DNA from: Candidatus Limnocylindrus sp.
GTDB taxonomy: Bacteria; Chloroflexota; Limnocylindria; Limnocylindrales; Limnocylindraceae
Direction of reading: 5' to 3'
NCBI GenBank assembly: GCA_040397175.1
Contig: JBBAWM010000003.1
Location: forward strand, 83,599 to 147,598
DNA: 64,000 nt
Shown one piece after another: positions 27,848-36,968 of the stretch. The position numbers were made by a program, and so were the translations under genes. Position 1 is the stretch's first letter. The number at the start of each line of letters is the position of its first letter. The notes below the pieces were generated by a model that saw only the letters and a program-made list of their open reading frames with translations, was not told the origin of the DNA and did not search any database.

Positions 27848-29224
27848 ATGACAAGCCAACTCCCACCACAGTCCTCCGAGGCCGAAGAGTCCGTACTCGG
27901 CGCCATCCTGATCGACGGCGACGCCATCACTGAAGTCTCCGAAACACTCAAGGCGGCCGACTTCTACAAGCCGGCAAACAGCAAGGTCTACGCCGCCGTC
28001 CTCTCGCTCTACGAGCAGCGCCAGCCGATTGACATCCTCACCGTCTCCGAAGAGCTGGAGCGCCGCGGCCAGATCGAAGAGATCGGTGGACGTGCTGCAC
28101 TTGCCGACCTCTGCGACCGCACACCAACGGCGGTGCACGCCAAGCAATACGCAAAGATCGTGGAGCGCAAGGCTGTGCTGCGCGGACTGATCAGCGCCGC
28201 CGGCCGCATTGCATCCATTGGCTACGAAGATCCTGCCGATGCCATTGAAGCGATTGACCGCGCCGAGTCAGAGCTCTTCGCCATCAGCGAGCGCCGAACG
28301 GTTTCTGGCTTCACCGCACTTGAGACACTGCTCGGTCAAGCGTACGAGCGACTCGATCATCTGCATCAGAATCGCGGGCAACTCATGGGCCTGCGCACCG
28401 GCTTCACCGACATCGACAGCAAGACGCAAGGACTGCAGGCGTCAGACTTCATCGTGCTTGCGGCACGTCCGTCGGTTGGTAAGACGTCGCTCGCGCTCAA
28501 CATTGCCGAGTACGCAGCGGTGCGCGAAGGAAAGTCGGTCGGCGTCTTCTCGCTTGAAATGAGCAAGGAGCAGCTCGTGCTGCGCTTGTTGTCGAGCGTG
28601 ACAAAGATCGACTCCTTCAAGTTGCGTAGCGGATTCCTGGCAGAGCTCGACTTCCCAAAGATCGCGGGTGCCATGGAGAGCCTCTCGCGCGCGAAGATCT
28701 TCATCGACGACACGGCGAGCATCTCAGTCATGGAGCTGCGCACCAAGGCGCGGCGGCTCAAGATGGAGCATGGACTCGACCTGCTGATCGTTGACTACTT
28801 GCAGCTGATGCAGCCGGGCTCTTCAGGGCGTGAGTCGAACCGCGTGCAAGAGGTTTCCGAAATCTCACGGGGCCTGAAGGCGCTCGCGCGCGAGCTTGGT
28901 ATTCCGGTGCTCGCGCTCAGCCAGCTCTCGCGTCAGACCGAGATGCGTGGAGAATCGAAGGAGCCGCGACTCTCAGACCTCCGCGAGTCTGGAGCGATTG
29001 AGCAGGATGCCGACGTGGTGATCTTCTTGTGGCGCAAGGCGGATCGAATTGAGGAGACCGATGCTGTTGGTGAGGCGATCGACTTCAGCATCGCCAAGCA
29101 CCGTAACGGCCCTACGGGCGCCGGTCAGCTCTACTTCGTCAAAGATCAGACGCGCTTCGTCAATCTGGTTCGCGAGCGCAGCGATAGCTCACAGGGCGGA
29201 GGTGACAGCGAGCCAGTAATGTAG
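27848..29224 (+). CDS. dnaB: Replicative DNA helicase
   Basis: 458 aa with N-terminal DnaB domain (SEAEESVLGAILID) and RecA-like core (GKTSLALNIA Walker A, LLIVDYLQLM Walker B). No intein. Confidence 0.95.
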   Translation: MTSQLPPQSSEAEESVLGAILIDGDAITEVSETLKAADFYKPANSKVYAAVLSLYEQRQPIDILTVSEELERRGQIEEIGGRAALADLCDRTPTAVHAKQYAKIVERKAVLRGLISAAGRIASIGYEDPADAIEAIDRAESELFAISERRTVSGFTALETLLGQAYERLDHLHQNRGQLMGLRTGFTDIDSKTQGLQASDFIVLAARPSVGKTSLALNIAEYAAVREGKSVGVFSLEMSKEQLVLRLLSSVTKIDSFKLRSGFLAELDFPKIAGAMESLSRAKIFIDDTASISVMELRTKARRLKMEHGLDLLIVDYLQLMQPGSSGRESNRVQEVSEISRGLKALARELGIPVLALSQLSRQTEMRGESKEPRLSDLRESGAIEQDADVVIFLWRKADRIEETDAVGEAIDFSIAKHRNGPTGAGQLYFVKDQTRFVNLVRERSDSSQGGGDSEPVM

Positions 29225-29228
29225 CGAC

Positions 29229-30473
29229 ATGAACCTCATGTTGCTCCGACCTGGCATGCGTCGCGCCTCGTATCTCTACCTGATGGTGGGCATCATGCAG
29301 GCCTGCTACCTCCCGTTTATCTCGTTCGTCTTCCGTGATCGTGGCGTTTCGTTGCAGGCGATTGGCCTCGTGGGAGCGGTGAACTCGGTTCTCGCGCTCA
29401 CCGCCGCGCCGATCTGGGGGCACCTTGGTGACGCAACGCTCGGCCGGGTGGCGGCATTCCGACTGGCGATCTTTGCAACGGCGATTGGGGTGTGTGCCTT
29501 TGCCGCTGGGCCACTCGCCGGTATCCCGGGCTCGATGCTCGCCGCTTTCGCGGGCGCCGGAATTGTTCCCCTACTCGATTCCATCGGAATGGAGCGACTT
29601 GCAAAGGTGAAGGGGAATTGGGGCACCTTGCGCTCGGTCACCAGCGGTAGCTTTGCGGCAAGTAGCCTCGTGAGCGGGGTGATCGTCGTTGCCGGCGGCG
29701 CCATTCTCGTCGGACCGCTCTACGCCGCATGGGCGCTCGTCATCCTCGCCGGAACCATTGGGTTGCGCGTCACACATCGGCCGCACAGCGCCGCGACCGA
29801 GGATGAACTCGAAGTAGAACGTACCGAGCTTGCAGGCAGTAACGCCGAGATCGCCGTTGCTGGCAACTGGCGAGACCGATTCGGCACCGTCAGCCTTGCA
29901 TTCGCACAATCACCGAAACTCCTCTCGTTCTTGCTCTTGAGCCTGCTCGCCAATCTTGGCGCCGGCCTCTTCTACTCGTTCGGATATCTGCGCATCCAAG
30001 AGGTTGGTGGGAATGCCTCCATGGTGACGTTGGCGGCAACCATCTCGGCCACCGTAGAGATTCCCTTCTTCTTGATCGGTGGTGCCATCGCATTACGGTT
30101 CGGTATGCGCGCCGTGTATGCAATTGGGCTCGGCGCACTCGGCTTGTGCAGCTTTGGGTATGCGCTCGACGTATCGCCGATCGTCCTCAGCATCGTCCGC
30201 GCACTCTGTGGGGTGGGTTTTGCCTGCACCCTTCTTGGAAGTGTGTTGACCATTCGCGCAATCGTTCCGCTTGCGCTGCAGGCAACGGGGCAGGCGCTCT
30301 TCCAAGCGATCTCGTTCGGCCTCGCAGTCTCTATCGCGTCAATCGTGGGTGGTGTGCTCTATGGAGAACTTGGTGCGCCGCCGCTCTTTGTGTTTTCAGG
30401 TCTGATCTTGTTCGGTTCGATTCCGTTTGCCTGGCGAATCCTCCGCGTTGACTCAGCGCTGTCTACTCACTAA
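29229..30473 (+). CDS. MFS transporter
   Basis: 414 aa with 12 predicted TM helices. Confidence 0.75.
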   Translation: MNLMLLRPGMRRASYLYLMVGIMQACYLPFISFVFRDRGVSLQAIGLVGAVNSVLALTAAPIWGHLGDATLGRVAAFRLAIFATAIGVCAFAAGPLAGIPGSMLAAFAGAGIVPLLDSIGMERLAKVKGNWGTLRSVTSGSFAASSLVSGVIVVAGGAILVGPLYAAWALVILAGTIGLRVTHRPHSAATEDELEVERTELAGSNAEIAVAGNWRDRFGTVSLAFAQSPKLLSFLLLSLLANLGAGLFYSFGYLRIQEVGGNASMVTLAATISATVEIPFFLIGGAIALRFGMRAVYAIGLGALGLCSFGYALDVSPIVLSIVRALCGVGFACTLLGSVLTIRAIVPLALQATGQALFQAISFGLAVSIASIVGGVLYGELGAPPLFVFSGLILFGSIPFAWRILRVDSALSTH

Positions 30474-31605
30474 CGCTCTTCGCTGCGCGAGCACGCGCTG
30501 CAACCTTGCCAAGGTGGCGACGGAACTCAATCGATGCCTGATCGGGCCCAGCAATGTGTAGCTCTGCAGAGAGATCTACCGGCAACGCCTCTGGTCGCTG
30601 TGATTGGGTGATCGGCTGATCCTGATCAAGGATCAGGCGCTGGAAATCGCCGAGTTCCGTATCGTTCGACGGGTCAAGGCGATAGCTGCGCGCGTTCCAG
30701 GTAAAGGTGCGCGTCTCCTTCGATGAGAGCGGTGAGGCAGCGATAAAGAGGACGAATCGATTTCCTTCAGGGAGTTGCTGGTCAAGGGTGACCGAGTAGG
30801 GCAGATGCACCGTGTACGTCGTTGGATCGCGCTGCACCTTTGTGCCAGGCGCCACATCGCCCTTCACGCTGGTCTGCGGCTCTTCGAGTGCGATCTGGAA
30901 GCTGATCGTTGTCTCGCTGCTCTCCACAACATGGTCGGGGCTGAGCGGCTTTGCGCGGTCGCCAAGGATCCCCTCGTGGACCCACGGGAAGTGACTGAAG
31001 TCAATGAAGTTCTCGATGCGACGCGCGGGCGAGCACTTCCAGTCGTAGGTGGTGATCGGGATGGTGCGCAGCGAGGGGTCGCCCCACCACGGCGCCTCGG
31101 GGAGCGGATAGAGCGGTGCAGGGTGCTCCCAGCCGCCAGGGCCTGGCTCGAGTAGCACCCAGACCAGACCGAGATGTTCGGTGGCGGCGTAGCGCTCGAT
31201 GCGCGCGCGGCGTGGGATCGCGCGACCGTGCACAGCGGGGATGCGCTTCACCTCGCCGCTCTGGCCGTAGCTCCAACCGTGATACGGGCAGACCAGACAG
31301 GCTTCGCCCGTGGCTGGGCTCCCATCGGGAGCTGGACTTGTGCCTGGATCGACCCAGCCGAGCGAGAGGGCGGTGCCGCGGTGCACGCAGAGGTCGGGGA
31401 AGGCGGCAACCGTGTCGCCCAGGCGGGCCACGACCAGTGTCTCGCCGGAGAGGCGGATAGGGAGCGGCCGGTCAGTCAGCTCACCGCTCTGGCAGACAGG
31501 CATCCAGGCGGCGCGAAGGGCCTGGTCGAGGGCCGCCTCACCCGCGACATCGAGGTCGTTCGGGCCCGCTTCGCCTGGGAGCGCCGTCCCATCGAGGCGC
31601 TTCAT
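30463..31605 (-). CDS. Rieske [2Fe-2S] non-heme iron oxygenase, alpha-subunit type
   Basis: CVHRGTAL…CPYHGW Rieske motif, plus a C-terminal catalytic domain with D..H..H-type iron ligands (FSHFPWVHEG). Start taken at Met68 (MKRLDG…). Confidence 0.8.
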   Translation of the reverse strand: MKRLDGTALPGEAGPNDLDVAGEAALDQALRAAWMPVCQSGELTDRPLPIRLSGETLVVARLGDTVAAFPDLCVHRGTALSLGWVDPGTSPAPDGSPATGEACLVCPYHGWSYGQSGEVKRIPAVHGRAIPRRARIERYAATEHLGLVWVLLEPGPGGWEHPAPLYPLPEAPWWGDPSLRTIPITTYDWKCSPARRIENFIDFSHFPWVHEGILGDRAKPLSPDHVVESSETTISFQIALEEPQTSVKGDVAPGTKVQRDPTTYTVHLPYSVTLDQQLPEGNRFVLFIAASPLSSKETRTFTWNARSYRLDPSNDTELGDFQRLILDQDQPITQSQRPEALPVDLSAELHIAGPDQASIEFRRHLGKVAARARAAKSVSE

Positions 31606-32564
31606 CGCTGGCCGAAGATCTCCATCATTAGCGCAATGAAGCGCGGGGCGTTCGCATCGAAGGCGACATCGGCATTCGGCTCCTTGCCGCCGCGATGGTG
31701 CGTATCCACGACGGTGCGCCCGAGGGTGAGGGTGCCCGTGGTCTCTACCGCGACGTGGCAACGCTTCGTCGTGATGATGTCTGGCTCTACAAGCGCCGCA
31801 ACGCACAGCGCATCGTGCACCGGCGCCGACTCTGGAACGTCCATCTTCTGGCTGCTCTCATAACTACCGATGCGTCGCTTGATCACCGTCTCGGTCGCCA
31901 TGCCTGCAGGTGTGCCGAGCGCGCCGAATGCCGCGCACTCTTTTGCGGTGACGAGTGCCTTATGCGTTGCGTCGAGCGGCACCATCAGCACATCCTTGAA
32001 GCCCGCCTCAAAGACGCTCGCGGCCGCCTCTGCGTCGGCCCAAATGTTGAACTCCGCGGAGGCGGTCATGTTCGGAACCTCATGGCCGCCGCCCATGATG
32101 ATCAGCTTCGGCACCCACTCGGCGAAGCGTGGCTCTTGCGCAACGGCTGCCGCAATGTTCGTCAGTGGGCCGATCGGCATGAGCGTGATCGGTTGCGTTG
32201 CGTTGCGATACGTTTCGATCAGGTACTCCACGGCGCGTTCAGAGGCTGGCTTGCTCGCGCTGCGTGGAATGTCGAGATAGGTGCCGTGCGGGTCCTGCAC
32301 GCTATCCGCCTTGAAGAAGCGCTCCGATGGCATCGCCTTGCGGACGAGTGGCCGCGGGAATCCCGCGTGCACCGGAATGTGCCCTTTGCCGATCAGCTCT
32401 AATACGGAGAGTGAATTCGTGGTCGTTGCGTAGAGCGGTGCGTTGCCAAATACCGTCGTGACGCCGATCAGGTCAATCTCGGGGTGGAGCGCGGCAAGCA
32501 TCAGCGCAACAGCGTCATCCGTTCCCGTGTCGCAGTCGATGATCAGGCGGTGCTTGGTGCTCAT
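31602..32564 (-). CDS. Nucleoside hydrolase (IUNH family)
   Basis: DCDTGTDDAVAL calcium/ribose-binding aspartate cluster at the N-terminus. 320 aa. 4-nt overlap with the Rieske start. Confidence 0.88.
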   Translation of the reverse strand: MSTKHRLIIDCDTGTDDAVALMLAALHPEIDLIGVTTVFGNAPLYATTTNSLSVLELIGKGHIPVHAGFPRPLVRKAMPSERFFKADSVQDPHGTYLDIPRSASKPASERAVEYLIETYRNATQPITLMPIGPLTNIAAAVAQEPRFAEWVPKLIIMGGGHEVPNMTASAEFNIWADAEAAASVFEAGFKDVLMVPLDATHKALVTAKECAAFGALGTPAGMATETVIKRRIGSYESSQKMDVPESAPVHDALCVAALVEPDIITTKRCHVAVETTGTLTLGRTVVDTHHRGGKEPNADVAFDANAPRFIALMMEIFGQR

Positions 32565-32708
32565 GGGGGGATTGTAGGGGCGAGAGGGCCTCGCTGCGGG
32601 GCATGACGTGCGACCGGTACGCCAGCGATACGCGACCCTGATTCAGTATCCGCCCAGCCGACCCGCGGGCGCCGCCCTCGGCGGCCGTAAGGGGAGGTCT
32701 ATACGATC

Positions 32709-34418
32709 ATGAGAAGTCCTCGTGTTCATCCAGCTCGGCCCCGCATCGATGCCGCTCTCGATGGCCTCGCCGACGGAGGGCTGGCCCTCATCTGCGGTAG
32801 TGCCGGATATGGCAAGAGTAGCGCCGTCGCCGCATGGGGTATTCGTGCCGATCGCCCCATGCGTTGGCTACGGGCAAGCCGCGGCCTAAGTGACGCGTTG
32901 CAACTTGCCGCCGATGAAGATGATGGGGTCCGCCTACCACGCCTCGCCCGAGCCGTTCGTCAGCAACAAACGACACCGGTGTGCGCGGCAGCACTGATCG
33001 CCGACCTTGCCGCACCACACACCGATCTGATCCTCGTCATCGATGATGCAGACGCACTCGCTGCATCATCGGAAGGTCTCACCTTTCTCCGGTTGCTAGC
33101 AGAGCGCGCCCCTGACCGATCTCGTGTGGCACTGATTGGGCGCCGCGTTACGCAGTTACGCCTCATCGCGGCGCGTGCAAAGCGTCAAGTCATGCACATC
33201 GGCGCAGCAGCGCTCCGCGTGACTCCACGGCAGACGCGCCAAATCGCCGAGGCTCGTGGTTGGAGCGGGGCGCCGACCGCGCTTGAAGAGGCTCGACGTG
33301 CGGCGGCGGGAAACGGTGGCATCCTTGCTACCTGGCTGGACCAGGTGCGCGAGGGTGGTGACCGTTCCGAACTTGATGAGTTCATCCGGCGCGACGTCGT
33401 TGGCCGTAGCGGGCCACTCCTCGCTCGGCTCGCCCACCCTGCCGGAGAAGAGGCGAACCCTGAGCTCCTTCGAACGTTGTGGGAGGAGGGGCTACTCATT
33501 GCCCCTGCAGACCAGGACGAGCTTGGTGAACCAGGATGGACAATCCCACGATTCATCGCCGAGACGCTCGATCTTCCCCAGGCGCTGCGTGCCGTGCCGC
33601 AGGGCTCTGAGGTTGCCCCAGCAAGCCCGCTGACGCCCTGTGCGCTCAGCTCCGTCGCCGTGGTGCATGACCTGGGCCCGCTGAGCATTGAGGTCGCGGG
33701 ACGAACTATTGAAGGGACCGCCATTCGCCCACGCTCTGTTGCCCTGCTCCACTATCTCGCCACGCGACCACGACATGCCGCGACGCGTGACGAGGCGATC
33801 GATGCGCTCTGGCCCGAAGCGGAGGCGCAAGCCGGACTGAATTCGCTCAACCAGGCGATCTACCACCTACGGCGCGCACTCGACCCTGACTACGATCTTG
33901 CGCTCCAGGAGGGAACACCCACGCCGTATATCCGACACGAGGCGGAAATGGTCACCGTAAACCTTGACCTCGTCTCATTCGATTCCGCTCAGCTGAGAAG
34001 CACCCTTGATGCGATTCGGCGTCGCGCACGCGTTGAGCAGATCGACGATCTCCTTGACTCCTATCTTGGACCGTTCGGCGTTGAGGTTCCCTTTGAGCCG
34101 TGGGCCGAACAGCACCGCAGCGCACTCGACGTGGGAATCTTCGCAATCATCGAGCGCGAGATGGCTGCTGCATACTCCGTTGGCGACATTGATCGCGCGA
34201 TTGACCTTGCACTTCGTGCTGTTCGCATTGATCCAACAGATGGTGGAATGCTCGAGCACTTGGCGTTGCTGCTTGAGGAGAGTGGTTCCATTGCTGGTGC
34301 TCGGAGGGCTGCGGCACGAGCGATCTCAGCGCTGCAAGAGATGGACATTGCGCCAAACCCAGCGCTGCAGCGACTTAGCGCAGATCTGCACCGCGCTCGG
34401 CCCGCGCTGCAGCAGTGA
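32709..34418 (+). CDS. Transcriptional regulator: N-terminal P-loop ATPase fused to C-terminal SARP-type winged helix plus BTAD
   Basis: Walker A GSAGYGKSS near the N-terminus. OmpR/SARP-like wHTH (LGPLSIEVAGRTIEGTAIRPRSVALLHYLATRP…DEAIDALWPE) and BTAD-like helical tail at the C-terminus. Domain order is reversed relative to AfsR. Confidence 0.65.
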   Translation: MRSPRVHPARPRIDAALDGLADGGLALICGSAGYGKSSAVAAWGIRADRPMRWLRASRGLSDALQLAADEDDGVRLPRLARAVRQQQTTPVCAAALIADLAAPHTDLILVIDDADALAASSEGLTFLRLLAERAPDRSRVALIGRRVTQLRLIAARAKRQVMHIGAAALRVTPRQTRQIAEARGWSGAPTALEEARRAAAGNGGILATWLDQVREGGDRSELDEFIRRDVVGRSGPLLARLAHPAGEEANPELLRTLWEEGLLIAPADQDELGEPGWTIPRFIAETLDLPQALRAVPQGSEVAPASPLTPCALSSVAVVHDLGPLSIEVAGRTIEGTAIRPRSVALLHYLATRPRHAATRDEAIDALWPEAEAQAGLNSLNQAIYHLRRALDPDYDLALQEGTPTPYIRHEAEMVTVNLDLVSFDSAQLRSTLDAIRRRARVEQIDDLLDSYLGPFGVEVPFEPWAEQHRSALDVGIFAIIEREMAAAYSVGDIDRAIDLALRAVRIDPTDGGMLEHLALLLEESGSIAGARRAAARAISALQEMDIAPNPALQRLSADLHRARPALQQ

Positions 34419-34815
34419 CTGCAGCGACGGCGGAGAGGATGACAGTGAGTCCGTAGAGCAAACACCAGCCGCACCACGCGCCGATCGCGAATGCTTGAAT
34501 CGCAATGAGCACGAGTTCAATCGCTGCACCAACCATGGCTGCGAGCACCCAGATGTTGAGCGAGATCGCCGAGCGCGTTCGCAGATAGTGCGTTGAGGAG
34601 ATGAGGAGGACGAGAGAGCCAACGACGCCGACGAGCGCGATTGGGATCGGCCCAATGCTGGAGTAGACCGATGCCTCTACCTTGGCGCAACCACCAAATG
34701 GTCCAAGCGCAGGACCGCAAATCGCCGAAATGCCAGCGAAGCGAATGGCCAAGAGGTAGGTTGCAATGGCGGTCCCAATCGCGGAGATGATTGCGCCGAA
34801 CCGTACGGCACGCAT
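34375..34815 (-). CDS. Vitamin K epoxide reductase (VKOR) family membrane protein
   Basis: Loop Cys pair (CGPALGPFGGC) and CGWC active-site motif in a TM helix. Start at Met39. Its 3' end overlaps the convergent regulator by about 44 nt. Confidence 0.7.
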   Translation of the reverse strand: MRAVRFGAIISAIGTAIATYLLAIRFAGISAICGPALGPFGGCAKVEASVYSSIGPIPIALVGVVGSLVLLISSTHYLRTRSAISLNIWVLAAMVGAAIELVLIAIQAFAIGAWCGWCLLYGLTVILSAVAAVTAAARAERGADLR

Positions 34816-34819
34816 GTGC

Positions 34820-35506
34820 TTACGGCTTGAGGGCGGCGTCGATGCGCTTGAAGAGGTCCTCTGCCTTAGGAACACCAGATTGCATCCAGTCGCCGATCTG
34901 CAGCGTTGGCGTGCCGGTGACACCAGCAAGGCGGGCCGCTGCGCTCTCCGCTTCGACGTCGGCGCGAACCGTGGCGTCGGCGATGCATGTGTCCCATTGC
35001 GTTAGGTCGAGTCCCGCAGCACCGGCAAGGATACGGAGTCGTGGATTGCTAAAGCCGCCTTGGTTCTCGCCGTTCTGATTTTGGAAGAGGTACGCGTGAT
35101 AGGCCCAATACTTGTTCTGCTTATCGGCGCACACTGCTCCAACGGCAGCGGTGAATGACTCTTCGCCAATAAAGGCGAAGAAGTGATGCTCGATGCGTAG
35201 TCGTCCATCCTTGACATATTTCTCATACAGCTGTGATTCGACGCTGTTGCCGTTGGTCCACTGGCCACAGACGGGGCACTGGAAGTCGGTCCACACCTTT
35301 AAGGTGACGGGCGCGGTAACGAGCCCGAGGCCGCGACCGGTGGAGAGCTCAGCCGCTGGCGGGAAGTAGGCGGCGACCGGAGCCTGCGGAACAAAGGTGT
35401 CGCTCGCGGTCGGCTTGCCGCTGAAGGAGCCCCCGAGGAGGAGCACGACGATCCCAACCCCAAAGACAACGGCGCCCGTCAACAGTGCGTTCTTTACGAT
35501 GCTCAT
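34820..35506 (-). CDS. dsbA: DsbA-family thiol:disulfide oxidoreductase (membrane-anchored)
   Basis: N-terminal TM anchor and a thioredoxin fold with CPVC active site. Confidence 0.8.
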   Translation of the reverse strand: MSIVKNALLTGAVVFGVGIVVLLLGGSFSGKPTASDTFVPQAPVAAYFPPAAELSTGRGLGLVTAPVTLKVWTDFQCPVCGQWTNGNSVESQLYEKYVKDGRLRIEHHFFAFIGEESFTAAVGAVCADKQNKYWAYHAYLFQNQNGENQGGFSNPRLRILAGAAGLDLTQWDTCIADATVRADVEAESAAARLAGVTGTPTLQIGDWMQSGVPKAEDLFKRIDAALKP

Positions 35507-35569
35507 GAGCGAATCATACCCGTGCAGGCGCCATACCCCTCAATCCACGCCCCCACGGCCCACCACGCA

Positions 35570-35592
35570 GTATTGAGACTTAGTCTCAATAC
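35570..35592. promoter_or_regulatory. Putative Zur (Fur-family) operator: perfect palindrome GTATTGAGACT-t-AGTCTCAATAC
   Basis: 11-1-11 perfect inverted repeat ending 16 bp upstream of the zur start, at the head of the zur-znuACB operon. Confidence 0.7.
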
Positions 35593-35607
35593 TGGTACGA
35601 TGCCCCC

Positions 35608-36039
35608 ATGGCACCAGAGTTGCTCCAGGCGCTTGGCCGGGCGGGGGTTCGCTTGACCGGGCCGCGCCGTGAACTCGCCGCCCTCATCACGCGGCGGCAG
35701 GGGCACTTCACGGCCGCCGACCTCCTCGCTGATGCCGAGCAGCGCAAGCTTGGCATTGGGCGCGCCACCGTCTTCCGCCTCCTCGAGCTCCTTGCCGATC
35801 GGAACCTCGTAGAGCGGGTGGATCTCCCCGACGGCCGTCACGCGTACGTCCCCTGCGAGCCAGCACACCATCACCACCTCGTCTGTATCTCGTGCGGTGC
35901 AATCTCCGAGGTTGATGATTGCGGCATCGATGCCGTGACCGCCGAGGCCGCTCGACGTTCGGGCTTCGAGATCCAGTCACATCGCCTCGAACTCTTCGGT
36001 CGCTGCCCAGGATGCCAAAGTACGGATGTGCGCCAGTGA
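35608..36039 (+). CDS. zur: Fur-family zinc uptake regulator
   Basis: 143 aa with wHTH N-terminus, HHHH plus CxxC…CxxC metal sites. Followed by znuACB. Confidence 0.85.
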   Translation: MAPELLQALGRAGVRLTGPRRELAALITRRQGHFTAADLLADAEQRKLGIGRATVFRLLELLADRNLVERVDLPDGRHAYVPCEPAHHHHLVCISCGAISEVDDCGIDAVTAEAARRSGFEIQSHRLELFGRCPGCQSTDVRQ

Positions 36040-36962
36040 TCCGACGCCTACTCCCACTTCTCGCTGCGCTGCTGCTTGCTGGTGCGGGTTGTAACAGCAG
36101 CGGCGCATCACCTATGCCGTCATCAACTACGTATCGCGTGATGACGACCACGAGCATCTTTGCCGATTTTGCACGCCTCGCCCTCGGTGATTCCGTGCAG
36201 ATCGATTCCATCGTTCCGGCCGGAGTCGATGTGCACACCTATGAGCCATCGCCATCCGACGCAGCGAAGATCGCCGCGGCGAACCTGATCGTGATGAATG
36301 GGCTAGGACTCGACGAATGGGTGAGTTCTCTCATTGATGCGGCACACAAGGGCGCCAGTGATGTGGTGCGCCTTGGCGAGGGGCTCGACACGTCAGACGC
36401 GTGGGTTTACCTAACGTCAGCAACGCCTGGCACGTCGCACGCCGTTGACCCACATATTTGGCTTGACCCAAACGGCGCGGCACTCTACGTGCAGCGCATC
36501 GCTGATCGCGTGGCACACGATCGGCCTGAGCTGACTGATGCAATTCACGCCACATCGGCACGTGGCCTTGCGTCAATTCATGCACTCGACGTTGAGGTTG
36601 GAGCCCTGTTTGCGGCGATACCGGCAGAGAGCCGCAAGATCGTCACCTTCCATGACGCATTCGGCTATTACGCTCGTGCCTACAAGATTACGATCGTTGG
36701 TGTTGCAATTGCGTCGCCCGGTCAAGATCCGAGTGCGCGAGAGATTGCCGCGCTCATTGATGCGATTCGCGCGGCGGGAGTAACGACGGTGTTCAGTGAG
36801 ATCCAGTTCCCCTCAAAGGTGCTGACGAGCATCGCGGCCGAAACAGGCGCAACCGTGCTGGTTGATCTCTACTCCGATGCGCTTGGCGCGGCGCCTGGCG
36901 ATACCTACCTTGGCGCAATGCGCGCAAATGCGACAGCGATCGCAGCGTCGATGCAGCGATGA
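36012..36962 (+). CDS. znuA: Zinc ABC transporter substrate-binding lipoprotein (ZnuA/TroA family)
   Basis: Signal peptide ending …LAGAGC and cluster-9 SBP fold with His-rich metal site. Alternative GTG start at 36036 overlapping the zur stop. Confidence 0.8.
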   Translation: MPKYGCAPVIRRLLPLLAALLLAGAGCNSSGASPMPSSTTYRVMTTTSIFADFARLALGDSVQIDSIVPAGVDVHTYEPSPSDAAKIAAANLIVMNGLGLDEWVSSLIDAAHKGASDVVRLGEGLDTSDAWVYLTSATPGTSHAVDPHIWLDPNGAALYVQRIADRVAHDRPELTDAIHATSARGLASIHALDVEVGALFAAIPAESRKIVTFHDAFGYYARAYKITIVGVAIASPGQDPSAREIAALIDAIRAAGVTTVFSEIQFPSKVLTSIAAETGATVLVDLYSDALGAAPGDTYLGAMRANATAIAASMQR

Positions 36963-36968
36963 GAACAT

